Assembly (NCBI RefSeq): GCF_036971445.1
Contig: NC_091469.1
Location: 188,418,001-188,482,000 of the forward strand
From: Narcine bancroftii
Lineage: Eukaryota
Direction of reading: 5' to 3'
Length of the DNA stretch: 64,000 nt
In this document: piece by piece, positions 1 to 12,297 of the stretch
Layout of the letters: each line of letters begins with the position of its first letter
Numbering within the stretch: the first letter of the stretch is position 1
The notes under the pieces: model-generated
The model's database searches: none
Seen by the model: only the letters and a program-made list of their open reading frames with translations
Told to the model about the DNA's origin: nothing
Made by a program: the position numbers and the translations under genes

Positions 1-299
1 AGCATTTATAGTGACCACGATTCTTCTGCTAAAAATGTACAAATTTTAATGGAATCTCTCTCATTTTCAGATATTGCATTATTTAGTTGGGATTTAATAG
101 TTGAGCTGCCATAATAGATCTTTAATTTTCAAAAATTGTTGAGAATTTTTAATGCTTATCATAAAATGATCACTATTTCCATCTTGTCTGTCACTTGCTA
201 CCTGCAAAAAATATATGGAACTATAATACTGCCAGGAAATTTGAATAATAGATTGTAAATTAAAATCCAACTGGAAACTAGTTTCCTTAAGGGAATTTA

Positions 300-500
300 A
301 AAAAAAAACCAGCAGGAACTCAGTAAGTCTTGCAGCATCCATAGGAGGTAAGGATGTATAGTATGAACATGCTTTGGACCTGAGCTCTTCCTCAAGGTGA
401 AATAAGTGAAAGTCTGCAGATGCTACAATTTAGTCAAAACACAGAAATGCTGGAAGAACTCAGCTGATCGTGCAGCACCCATAGAATGTAAAGATATTCT
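300..500 (-). mobile_element. Two tandem Penelope-like 3' UTR fragments
   Basis: Repeated gaactcag...gcagca(t/c)ccatag motif, also seen near 40845 and reverse-complemented near 52370; appears to continue into the GIY-YIG fragment at 4838. Confidence 0.55.
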
Positions 501-533
501 GGCAAAAAAAAATCATGGAAAATAAATAGATTT

Positions 534-3500
534 TGCGAGCAAAAGAAACACACTGAGTCGAACAGAGTTTCAGTTCAACTGATTTACTAATTTAAAATCG
601 CAAGCTTAAAAGGCCCGCGCTTCCCAGCAACCCTTGTGCCCTGCGGGGCGGAAGTGAAGTTGGCTACCGCACTGAGAGTTGCCATGGATGCTGCTGCTGC
701 GGACGCGACCACTGGAGCTGATTCACTTACTGCATGGGTGAGCTGCCACAAGACCTCCCCCACCCCCCCCCCCCCCCACAAGAACTGGCATTAGGAGGCG
801 CAGAAACCATAACCTGTACACTGTTCGTTTTACATAGCCAGCCTCATCTTTTTGCGAGTGGTACCACAACTGGTCGTTCAATGAGTAGGTGTGCCAGTTT
901 GAGACAGTCAATGGTAAAAGTCACCAACGTCCAGAGCACAGGTTGTCCCATTATGACGCATCACTTTGAAGGGTCCTTCGTACAGCCACTGCAGGGGTCG
1001 TCTGTGTGCTCCTTGGTGAACGAAAACCTACTCACTCTGCTGCAGGTCCTTGAGCACAAAGGAAGGCACACTGGTCTGTGGTTGGACGTTGGTACCAGGG
1101 CCAGTACCCCAAGTTCAGAGTTTGGTCTAGTCCTCCATCGGTGTGTCCTCTTAGCCGTGGGTTGCGGGCACAAATTTGAACGGAAAGCTGTAAACCAGCT
1201 CGGCCAATAATGCTGCCAAGACTTCCTTGTGTGCTATGCGGATGCCCAGTAGCACCCAGGGGAGTTTGTCTACCCAGTCTGGCCCTTGGAAGTATGCTAT
1301 TCAGGCTGATTTCAGGTGCCTGTGGAAATGTTGTTTGATTGTGGATGGTACGCAGTCATCCAGTGGAGCTGGGTTCTGAGGAGCTGCACCACGCAGACCA
1401 TCGTCTGAAGTGATATGAGCAGGGAGCCCAAAACGTGCTACCTAGGTAGCGATCAGAGTCCTGGGCAGGTCTCCACAGTCGTGTCAGCGATTGGGACAGC
1501 TTCTGGCCACCTTGTGAACCTGTCCACCATTGTAAATAGGTACCTTGCTCCTCTTGAGACAGGCAGTGAGCCAACGACGTGCACGTGCTCGAACCTCTTA
1601 TGCAGTGGCTGGAAAGATTGCAATGGTGCCCTTGCATGCTTCTGGATTTTGGAAGCCTGGCAGTATGTGCATGTCCTGGCACAGTGCCCAACCTGTTTGC
1701 GTAGGCCATGCCACAAACTGATCCACAATCAGCTGGACAGTCGCCTGGATGGAAGGGTGGGCTCATCCGTATAAGGCATTGAAACTCCAAGCAGTCAGGA
1801 CGATGGGCCAGGGTTGCCCAGTGGACATGTCGCAAAGGAGCTTGCTACTTAATCATCTGGGTTCAATAGGTACGTCCTCAAGGCGGAGTCCAGTGACTGC
1901 AGTTTGGTATTCTGGTATTTCGCCATCCACGTGCTGCGCCTCTGCTAATGCTGCATAGTCCACCCCTAGAGATAGAGCATGTACTGACTGGATGGATGTC
2001 CATGACAGCGCGTTGGCCACCACATTGTTCTTCTCAGAGATATGCTTGATCGTGGTGGTAAATTCAGATACATATGACAGGTGGTGCTGCTGGTGGGTTG
2101 ACTACTGGTTGGACACTTTGGCAAATGCGTAGATGAGGGGCTTGTGATCTGTGAAGATTGTGAAATCCCTCTCTTCTAGGAAATACCTGAAGTGCTGGAT
2201 TGCCAGGTACAGAATACACTGTATTTGATCTCTCGGGGTCGCAGATGCTGGCTGAAGAAAGCAAACGGTTTCCACTGGCCTTCGATTAGCTGCCCAAGTA
2301 CGACACTGACTGCCACAGTGAGGGCTGTGGGAACGTCTACCCGGGGATGGACCTGGAGCGTGGCATTGGCTAAAGCATCCTTGGTCTGTTCTAAAGCTGC
2401 CATCGCCTCCTCCATCCAGGCAACTTCTTTGGCTTTGTCAGACATTAAACCAAAAAGGGGGCACATGATCTGGGCTGCTGAGGGAATAAACTGATAGAAA
2501 AGTTAACCATCCCAACAAATTCCTGCAGGCCTTTGAATGTGTTGGGCCTGGCAAATTGACGAATATCTTCCACTTTTACCAGCAGAGGAAAAGCTCCTTG
2601 ACGGTCGATCTAGTGTCTCAAGAAGTTGATGGCAGGTATGCCGAATTGGCACTTGGTGAAGTGGATCACCAGGCCATAGTTACTGAGGTGGTAGTAGAAC
2701 AGGCGCAGATGTGCCATATGCTCCTTGTGAGAGTGGCTGGCTACCAGGATGTTATCTAGGTAGATGAACAGCAAGTCCAGATCCCACTCTACTGCGTCCA
2801 TGTGCCACTGGAAGGTCTGCGCTGCATTTTTAAGGCCAAATGGCATCCTAAGGAATTCGAACAGACCGAACGAGGTAATGATTGGCTGTCTTCTGAATAT
2901 CATCTGGGTGATGCCCTCAAATCAGGTCAACTTTTGAAAAGATGCGTGACACATGCAGATTAGCCATGAAGTCTTTGATGTGCAAGACTGGATATCTATC
3001 AGAGATGGTTGTGTCCCTCAGCCTCCTGTAGTCACCACATGGCCTTCATCCTCCCGCAGATTTGGGCACCATATGGAGCGGGGAGGCCCATGGGCTATCC
3101 GAATGCCGCATGATCCCATCTCCTCCTAAACTCATCTCTCAGAGTTGAGCTTGTCTGGTGGGCCTGGGCATGTAGGGGGTGTCCCTATGTGGGAATGTGG
3201 TGCATCACGCCGTGTTTGGGGGCTGCTATGAAAAATTGCAGCGTGATGCTGGATTGGAACTCCGACAACACCCTGGCAAACTTGTTGTCTGAATAAGTGA
3301 AGTTGGCAACTTGGCCTCACTGAGGGAGAAGGTCTGGAATCTCTTTGCGTCAACCAGCCATCGTCCCTTCAGATCCAGGAGCAAACCGTGCACACAGAGG
3401 AAGTCCGCACTCAGCAATGGTTGTGATACCGCGGCCTGCGTAAATATCTGTGCAGAGCAGCTGGAACCGAATTGCAAGGGGATAGTCCAGGTGCCATAGG

Positions 3501-4683
3501 TGCAGATGGTGCTGCTATTAGCTGCCGTGAGCTCCAGTCTGGCCCTTCTGGTTTGGGTATCGTGACTCAAGGGATGAAGGACGCTGATTTCTGCTCCCAT
3601 GTCTACTAGAAATCTGCACCCAGAGTTCCTGACCCAGACGTATAGGAGGCTATCACAGTGGCCAGCCACCATAGCCAGTGACACTTGCTCTTTCGTTTCC
3701 CTGGAACGAGCATGGCAGTCGGCATCAGTGGGCCCCGGATCCCCACTTTTGATGGTTAAAAGCACCAAGACTCAGAAATTGTGTCGTCTCTTGGTGTGGG
3801 CGTTGCAGGTTTGGCTGCTGGGATATGGTGTGGTTGGGCTATCAGCTGTGACGTAGCATTGATCGCCATGCTGGTTCCGCTACAGAATGTCCACGCGAGT
3901 AGCCAACTTTTGCGGGTCGGAGAAGTTCTCATTGGCTAGTAGGAGGCGGATGTCCTCCGGCATCTGCTCCTAAAAGATGTATTCAAAGAGTAGACACTTC
4001 TTATGGTCATCTGCCAGTGCATGTCACTCATCAGGGCTATGGCGTGCGGTTGCCCAGGTTGCCTATATGTAGCAACCATGTGGCCTGTTCGCGGCATGAG
4101 AGGCCAAATGTGCTGACCATCAAGGCCTCAAGTGCTTCATACCTGCCAGCTTCCGGGGCCTGTTGCAAAAAGTCAATTACTTGGCCCGCTGTTTTCTGGT
4201 CGAGAGCAGCTACCATATAGTAGTATCTGGTCTCATCGGAGCCAGTGTTCTTGACTTGGAACTGGGCCTCTGCTTGTTGAAACCAGACAAAGGGCTGAGT
4301 GGTCCAGAAAGCTGGCAGTTTACATGAAATTGTGTTCTGAAGAGCCGAGTCGTTCACATTGTCCACGTCAACGTTGTCATTCGTGTCGAGTCCACATACC
4401 ATTGGATCTTCGAGGCCACCAATGTGGCTGGTATGCCACTGCAAGCAAAAGAAACACACTGAGTTGAGCAGAGTTTCAGTTCAACTGATTTGACTAATTC
4501 AAAATCGCGTGCTTAAGAGGGCCATACTTCCCAGTGACCCTCGCGCTCTGCAGGACAGGAGTGATGTCGGCTTCTGGGTCAAGGCTTTTCCCCACACTGA
4601 AGAGTCCCCATGGATGCCACTGGCTACGGACCCGCTCACAACCACTGGAGCCAGTTCGATTGCTGTGTGGGTGAGCCACCACA
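534..4683 (-). mobile_element. Decayed Gypsy/Ty3 LTR retrotransposon 1
   Basis: LTRs at ~534-750 (end truncated) and 4423-4683 (TGTGG...CCACA). PBS-like TGGTGGCCTCGAAG on minus strand next to 4423 resembles the tRNA-Trp PBS; G-rich PPT at ~755-778. Order gag (4037-4459, LPAFW...WFQQAEAQF), PR (FLVDMGAEIS), RT (PFGLKNAAQTFQ, YLDN), RNase H, IN (YLFTMVDRFTRWPEA); frameshifted. Confidence 0.92.
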
Positions 4684-4829
4684 TGGTTTTTTAAAAAAGG
4701 AAAGTTTAACATTGACACTCCCTAGTAGTCAGTTCATTAATCATGCAACATACAATCTCAACCAATTGGCAAATTCAGTTATCCAGCATTACCAATCCCT
4801 ATAGGTGCCAGATACTAGGGGTTTTACTG
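4684..4829. mobile_element. Right end of a Tigger-like MITE
   Basis: Ends GGGGTTTTACTG followed by TA; left end not found. Confidence 0.5.
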
Positions 4830-4835
4830 TATTTC

Positions 4836-5413
4836 TAACATTTCTGGCCTGAAGCCTTCCTCAAGACGAGAGAAATTAGACAAGTGATGGAATTAAAGGC
4901 TGAGGAAAGAAAAGGGGGTGGGGGAAATGGGAGGGGGAGGAGTACAGACCTACAGACAGAAGGTGTTAATTGGATATGACAATAGGAAAGGTAAGAATTG
5001 ATTTTTGGCTCTGTGAAAGAAGGGCAGAGAAAGTGATGAGATGGAGGAGGGAGGAGAAGGGGGGTGGGGTGTGCAGTGGCAAACAGAAACCAGAATGTCA
5101 ATGATAATGTCATCTGGTTAGAAGATGCCCAGACGGAATACGAGGGGTTGTTCCTTCTGTTTACGAGTGGTCTAAATCTGGCAGTGCATGAGACCATGAC
5201 AGACATATTGGCAAGGGAATGGGGCAGAGAATTTAAATGAGTTACCACTGAGGGAACCACACTGTTGCGGCTGACAGAACTGAGGTGCTTAACAAAGCAA
5301 TCTCCCAGTCTATTTCCGCCTCTCTGATGTAGAGGAGGCCACATCGAGAGCATCGGATTTAGTAGATGATCATATTATGTCTAGGTATCCTCCATCCGGT
5401 TGGCATTAACATC
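4836..5413 (-). mobile_element. Penelope-like element fragment (GIY-YIG endonuclease remnant and 3' UTR)
   Basis: ORF 4835..5353 RLGDCFVKHLSSV...VVTHLNSLPHS matches the RLxxRFxEH...VAxHFN motif of the Penelope GIY-YIG domain. Confidence 0.75.
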
Positions 5414-6084
5414 ATTTGCAATTAAAATGATGTATAACATTTCCAAAATTAAGTAAAACTCCAATAATTCATTAGCCCATTGTTCAGAAATCCCAGTGGT
5501 TTGTCATTTAGATCACTGGGTCCTAGTTTCTCCAAGTTCCCTTTAAGCTCATTCACGACTGTTTCACACATTCATTTAGACTCACTCAGCTCTGTTTCCA
5601 GCACTGGGTTTCCTAGAAAATTTATCACGCTATTATTTAAAATCTTACTTTATATAAAGCTGATTGAAGTACTGTATATTGGGATATTAACAGGAGTCCA
5701 GAAAATCTGCAAGTCTAGTGCCACTAACGCATGTAAGCAGGAGTTTTATGGTAGTTCTGACAATTTTAATTATACCATGTGGAAGAATTTTGATTCTTGC
5801 ATATCCTTGGAAAAGAGATTGAATGTTGAATGCCTCCATTTTAGTTTTGCATCTTTTAAATAAACCTCTTAAATTACTAAAACATTTCCATGTAATGACG
5901 ATGTGAAAAGGAAGTGACAGTGACATTTTTAACTCTCAAAATATGTTAACGGAAGAACAGACTCTTCACCTTTCTGATATTATGAAAGTATTTTAAAAGG
6001 TACTAAATTATATTTTACTCTATTTGAAATCCCTTATTTTCATCATAATGTTAATTTACCTAATTTTCTATTTTATATACACAG

Positions 6085-6216
6085 GCTAAGAAACATAACC
6101 TAACAGTGAACCTAACCACATTCCGAGTTTGGTGTTACGCCTGTGAGAAGGAAGTTTTCCTGGAACAACGATCTGTTGTACCCAGTCCAGCTCCATCAAG
6201 CAGATCAACAGAGCAG
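6085..6216 (+). CDS. USP20: USP20 exon A (end of zf-UBP)
   Basis: acag|GCTAAG...GAGCAG|gtaatt; [29 protein letters not shown]... Confidence 0.95.
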
Positions 6217-6305
6217 GTAATTCACAGGTGGATTTATGCTAAAATGTATGCACTGATATAGCTGCTGCTTTTTGAAAAGTAAATTTATTTTCTTATTTCT
6301 CGCGT

Positions 6306-6545
6306 GGCACGGTTAGCATTGTGGTTAGTGCAATGCTGTTACATTGCCAGCAATCAGAATTTGGGTTCAAATCCTGCACTGTCTTTAACGAGTTTGTACA
6401 TTCTCTTGTGTCTGTGTGGGTTTTCCCCAGGGGCTTCAGTTTCCTCCCACCATTCAAAATGTTCCGGGTGTTGTCAGTTAATTGGGTGTAATTGGCCAGC
6501 ATGGGTCCATTGGTTGAAATGGCCTGTTTCTGTGTTGTATGTCTG
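6306..6545 (+). mobile_element. tRNA-derived SINE (V-SINE-like)
   Basis: A-box-like TAGCATTGTGGTT, B box GGTTCAAATCC, central gagtttgtacattctc...tttcctccca domain, tail ggcctgtttctgtgttgtatgtct. Confidence 0.8.
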
Positions 6546-6762
6546 AAAAAAAATTACACTGGCTATTTGGGGATATTTAAGTTATCCAGAGGCAGACCCA
6601 CATTCTTATATAGCTGGATGTTGTGAAAGTTTTCTTAATTCATAGCTTTGGTGACATGTAAATATATTTCCTATAAATAGCCTAAAATATAATTAATGAG
6701 AAATAATCCCTGTAGATTAAAAATTGGTATAATTCTAGTAACATGGCTTTTTCTTTTATTAG

Positions 6763-6865
6763 GACTCTGGCATATCACTTGGAAATCAACCATTCAAAAT
6801 TGTTCCCATTGCTGTTGCAGATGAAGGAGAATCAGAGTCTGAGGATGATGAGTTGAGACCAAGAG
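6763..6865 (+). CDS. USP20: USP20 exon B
   Basis: ttag|GACTCT...AGAG|gtactt; ...VPIAVADEGESESEDDELRPRG. Confidence 0.95.
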
Positions 6866-7088
6866 GTACTTCGAGCACAGAGAGTATTGAATACAACTGA
6901 AACAAATGAAATAAATTGTTGTTGTGTTAAGTCAATGTTATGAATCATTGTGTTCAACCTGGGAGTTTATCCCAATTGACCGAATTGAGCATGTTCGTGT
7001 GGAAAGTTTGTGTTCAAATGCATTATTGTTTTGCCCCTGAAATTAACATCATTTTTTAAAATTTGTATTTTTTGCTGAACTCGCTTAG

Positions 7089-7158
7089 GACTCACAGGAA
7101 TGAAGAACATTGGAAACTCTTGCTACATGAATGCTGCACTGCAGGCGCTGTCCAACTG
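7089..7158 (+). CDS. USP20: USP20 exon C (Cys box, catalytic Cys TGC 7121-7123)
   Basis: ttag|GACTC...AACTG|gtagga; [24 protein letters not shown]. Confidence 0.96.
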
Positions 7159-8004
7159 GTAGGACAAGGGTTTTACTGAGCTTAGTACCTTTCCAACTTA
7201 TACTGTATCAATACTTAATGAATATTTGATGGAAAAATTAATCATATGTATTTCAAATTCATGATCAAATTAAACATTGGGTTGGCACTAATTATTGAAA
7301 AGCCAGGTAAAAATGTATGTTTGCATTTCACATCCTTTGGTTTTCTTCATGGATTTAAGAATGAAATCAAACAGAATGATACTGTTCAGGAATCATCCAT
7401 TATACCTCTGCCATCTCTTTGTAAGAGGATTCATCCACTCCATTGCTCTTAACATTATACATTCCTCCCTTGAACACCTGCCCCAAGTATCCAGTGTCCT
7501 TGTGAAAGTTGTTTATTAGTCTTTTTGCACTCACTTTTGTGTGGCAATCCTAAACAGAGAAAATGGTAACCCCTAAACCTTTGTGTGACCACTCAAAGTA
7601 AGACTGTACAAAATGATAACTATTTAGATTTTTTAAAAAAAGGGTTTTGTGAATGTAGATTTTTTAAAAAAAGATTTGACCTCCATCCTCTTTTCCCTAT
7701 CCAAAAATATCCTGAATAAGTTTTAGCGCCAACAAGGAGAGATCAGTCAGTTCCCACTCTTTATTTCATTTTGACTGTTTGAATGAATACTTGATCTAGA
7801 GATTTTGTCATTAAACTTTGTTATTTGTTTTAGAACTCTTACTAACTGAAAATGTCTTTGCCTTTTAAGTCTTAATGTAGCCATTGAGATTGATTGTGAA
7901 TACCCTGAGATTTTAATGATTTTAGTTAGCATTTTGTTTTGCTATTGAGCTGCTGGTATTCTAATTGAAATTTAGTTAATTCAATTGCCACTTTTTTGTT
8001 GCAG

Positions 8005-8118
8005 TCCACCACTCACCCAGTTCTTCTTGGAATGTGTAGGCTTGGTTCGTACCGACAAAAAGCCAGCTCTTTGCAAAAGCTATCAGAAACTTATTTCTGA
8101 GCTTTGGCACAAAAAACG
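8005..8118 (+). CDS. USP20: USP20 exon D
   Basis: gcag|TCCACC...AAACG|gtatgt; [38 protein letters not shown]. Confidence 0.96.
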
Positions 8119-8234
8119 GTATGTGTCCATTTATGAATGTGAATTTGTTTTTGTATATAATGCTAAAATGTTGCCACCAAGTTTTAACAAAAAGTAACAA
8201 GCTTATTGGTTGGATTCAGACATTGTTGGATATA

Positions 8235-8592
8235 CAGTAATTCCCTCCCTTTTGTGCGGGTGATGTGTTCCAAGACCCCCAGAGGATGCCTGAAATCGCG
8301 GAGAGTGCCGAATCCTTTACAGGGTATGCACCGCTTAATGTCCAAGATACGTTCTGTGAAATAGAGCATTATGCGATGTGGACATTGTGTGAACATCATA
8401 ATTATATACTTAGCAAAGGTATATGGGATACTGTAGTGTACTTGTAAACTTTTTATTTGTAAGTAGGGATCAGTGTGGGGACCAACACAGGGCTGTGGGG
8501 AGAGTGCAAGGCAGTCGGATCAGTTTTGGTGTGCGGTTGACCACGGGTAACTGAAACAGCGGAAAGTGAAACTGCAGATAAGGGGGCCACTG
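8235..8592. mobile_element. Tc1/pogo-type MITE
   Basis: TA-CAGT...ACTG-TA termini with imperfect TIR (CAGTAATTCCCT / AGGGGGCCACTG). Confidence 0.6.
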
Positions 8593-10022
8593 TATTCATA
8601 GTTTTTTTTTTAAACAAAGAACAATATCAGTAAAAAGGAGGAAATACATTTAAAAGGAGGAAATGCAGGATAAATGTAGCAGATCAGGTAAGCTATGCAA
8701 AAAGAGAAACAAAGTTAATTAAACAGACTAATTAACTTCTGAAGTAATGGGGAAAAGAGAAAAGCAGTTGCAGCGATAGGGATGGAGGGGTGAATTGGAT
8801 AAAAGAAATATCTATTATACATTGAGATCAAGGTTCCATGGGCATAAGATGTTGATGAAATCTGCTTCATGGAACCAGTTGATTGTTCCATTTATTTGTG
8901 TTGCAGTCCATCAACTAAGAGAGTAAACCACTAAAAAAAAACATTTATTGGGTCTAGGATTTGTAGTGTTTATCTGGATTTTGCAATCTGGTGAATGTAT
9001 AGAGCAGCAAAAGGGTCATTTGTGAAAGCATAAGGCATTTTTCAAAATAACTGAGCAAAGGCATTTGCCACGTATCAAAATAATAGAGCAATGTTGGAAG
9101 TTTGAAATAATTGTAACTGCCATCATTGGATAGTTTGGTCTCTTTACATTATCATCCTTGATCAAGATCTAAAATTTAGGCAAACAGCACAGTTACAGGC
9201 CCTTTCAGCTCGAGACTGTGTCACCCAATTGACCTACAAACCCCAGTACATTTTGAATGTAATGAGATCTATATGAATAATCCTGTAAGAATGTTCCATC
9301 TTCTCTGTGAAGAACATACAGATTGTTTTACTTGTAGATTGCTGTATTTGTTTTGGTGTTAGAATTTTGGTTCACATTTAAGTGGGAAGATTTCAATGGC
9401 TGGTATGGGTCTTTGGTTTGCTCAGTCTAGATCCCAGATATTAAGTGAGATAAAGTATATTAAAAAATTTTATCAAATTGTTGGCTTTTTTTAAAATTAA
9501 GCAGCATAGGGACATTCTTATGGGATGGTGGAAATAAAAAAAAAAATAGCATATGCTAGAAATTGACAGCAAATCAGGCAGCAGGAGAAGTTCAAATTAT
9601 AGCAGATACAATGCATAAGGTGTTCAATTATTTTGTAAATTCTTGGTTGACAAATCATTAGATTTTATAATGCAAAGAGGGCCATTAAACCCATTGGATG
9701 TATGATTAAATGGATCCAGTTGGAAGCTGAGAATTGGAATATATTTAATATGTACACAGAGTTTTATAGCCCTGGAATTGTATAGCTGCTGCTTTGTTTA
9801 CCATTTTGTACTGCATCTTGTAACTTGCAAAATTTCTTATTCACGAGCCAACTTCTGGCTAATCCCTCAAGAGAAGTTGAAAAAAAAATTGTAAGGGGGT
9901 TTGTTTTAAATATAAATTTTGGTGTTTAAATCTCACTTTCGCACAATGATGAAAATTTGAGAGAGGTATTCAAATTACTTGAAATAAGGAGGTTTATTTT
10001 ATTTTTTTTCTTTCTTGTACAG

Positions 10023-10101
10023 TCCTAGCTATGTTGTTCCTACAAGTCTTGCCCATGGCATTAAATTGATTAATCCTATGTTCCGAGGTTATGCACAGCA
10101 G
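10023..10101 (+). CDS. USP20: USP20 exon E
   Basis: acag|TCCTAGC...CAGCAG|gtaagt; [26 protein letters not shown]. Confidence 0.96.
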
Positions 10102-10563
10102 GTAAGTTGAGATTATCTTTAAATATAGCATTTAGAATAAGCTCACAGAGTTTAAGAATGTGTTCCTGTCCATCAGTTGGGAACTTTGATTGAGAATAAA
10201 GTTATGTTGGCTTTCACTTCACTATTGTAACAAAGTTATGGACTGTATCATTGTTTCGGTTTGAACAATGGTGTCCAACTAATTGCATCCTTTTTTTGAT
10301 TATTTTGATATTGATTAAATAATTGTCTGTGCTTACAAGAAAGGTTCTCATGAAAATGGGCCTTTAGTCCATTTTGATTCTAGAATATAAACTCTGGTGC
10401 TTTTACAGTTACAGCATCTAGTTTTTTTTTCCCAATAATTGGAGCTTTGCCTGGCTGAGAGATGTTAAATAAGACCTGCATGCTTTCTGGAATTGATCAT
10501 TAAATTTCCCTCCATGTTTCTACACATTGAAAAATGCACTGTTTCTGGTTGTTGCCAGCAATA

Positions 10564-12297
10564 CAGTGGAACCCTGTTACAACACGATAGATCAAGACAA
10601 AAAACAGATCGCGCTAAATCGGGGACATGAAAACAGCATTTTCAAAAAAATAAAGAGCACGTACAGTACCTGTATTTGCAATCATCTTTTTTTATTTCTT
10701 ACAATCATCATTTTATTTCTTAAAAAAGCGATCGAGCGTTCGTTACCTGAATGCAGCAGGTCTCTGGCGGCGAGCGAAATCCAAAATACCTCTGAGTTGG
10801 AGGATTTTTATATGGGCCACATCCTGGGTCTCCAGCCAACTAGACCAGCCTCAAGGTACTCAATGGCTTCAAACAATTTTGGGGGTGGGGGTGGAGGCTC
10901 CTCATTGTCATCCTCCTGTGGTTCAGGAACCGGTGCTATAGTAACATTACAGACGATCCTGAGTCCGTCAGATGCTCATATGTCGGGCATTTGTCATCGG
11001 CAGAGTAACACTGGTGAAAATTTTCTTTGCTAATTTGAAACTGCCTCACCCACCTCTTCATCTGTGAAGCCATAGAAACTTTGTTCATCGTCATCTTCTT
11101 CGGTGGATTTTTGTGATGATAAGGCTGGACCCAAACCCTTCCCCAGCATTTTTCCAATAACAAGGAGCTGACTGCTGCCCAACCCTTCCCACCTAAGTGC
11201 AAACTTCTTTAACATTCATGCTTTTCAGATAATCTTCCAGCATTGTTGATTCGTCTACAATTCTACAAATGAATTCACGCTTGTAACTTTGTTTGAACAT
11301 GGAGATGATCTAGAGGCTGGATCTTAGATGTAGTGTCCTTTAGGAAGTAAGAAACTTGGATCTTTCCGTCACGGTTTAATAGGTTGGCAGATGGTGAGTG
11401 GGTGGGATGGTTGTCAAGCAAAAGAAGACCTTTGGGTTCTAACTTATGCTTGCAAAATGAGTACGGACAGCAGAAACAAAAGTTAGGTAAAACCAATTCT
11501 CAAAGATAATCCAAGCATTGCTGCTATGCATGTACTTGAACAGTAACGACTTCATGTTGACATGGTGAAAACAGAGGGGCGAGCGAAATTTGCCAATCAT
11601 GGGCGGTTTTAACTTGTCTTGTTAACGCAAAACAACAATGTCAGCGATCTTTGCTTTGTTTGTCCCCTCACATTGATGGGCGTCATCTGTGCTAGACAGT
11701 GTGTGGTCTGAGATCATCTTGTAGCAGATGCTGTTTTGTCACAATTGTACATTTGTTTTTTGACATAGCCACCTTCTTCAAAGAGAGTTTTTAGTTCTGT
11801 CGGTATTCGCTATTGGCTGAGCAAATTTCTCCAGACACTAACACTTGAGAAATCCTGTGACAACATTAAAACCAGTCTAGCCATCCATTGCTAGCTTTGA
11901 ACTGTGAGGTTTCTCCTTTGATCAGCTGGTCAAACTTCTCAGCCTGAGCTTAGAGAATAGGCCCAGAAATTGTAAGGCTTTCTGAGCACACTTCAACAAA
12001 CCAGTTGTACAGGGAGTCATCGAGGCTGACATCTTTGGGTGTCTTCATGTGTTTAGCCTTTAGTCCTGCCTTTTCCTCATTTTTCCAAAGCAATGCACGT
12101 AACTTATTTTCCTGAGATTTCCAGCAACTTGGATTTGACTTTTATTTTTAATCAGTGAAGTGCGTGAAGCTCGTCTTACACTGAAAAAGATTTTCATCTT
12201 CTAATGGTGCGTTCCACTTTGATCTGAAAACATCTTCAATTCCAGAAAGAGGAAAAAGGTCCACTATCCGGGTTCATGTTAAATTGGGGTTCTACTC
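10564..12297 (-). mobile_element. Decayed pogo/Tigger DNA transposon
   Basis: TA-CAGTGGAACCC...GGGTTCTACTC-TA TIR. Minus-strand remnants: DDSLYNWF (CENP-B HTH), FKASNGWL, YNCD, LLLLDNHPTH, TTSKIQPLD. Confidence 0.85.

Noticed and set aside
94-342. Minus-strand ORF with LQVA resembling the USP20 zf-UBP region
   Set aside because: Wrong strand, and similarity does not extend beyond four residues
734-1835. Long ORFs 734..1210 (+) and 1356..1835 (-) as novel genes
   Set aside because: Antisense or off-frame readings of the Gypsy integrase
6306-6375. tRNA gene
   Set aside because: A/B boxes belong to a SINE head followed by SINE body and tail; no complete cloverleaf
10527-12297. Domesticated TIGD/CENP-B-like gene, or ORF 10527..11033 as a gene
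   Set aside because: The transposase has multiple frameshifts and stops and the TIRs remain; the + ORF is its antisense
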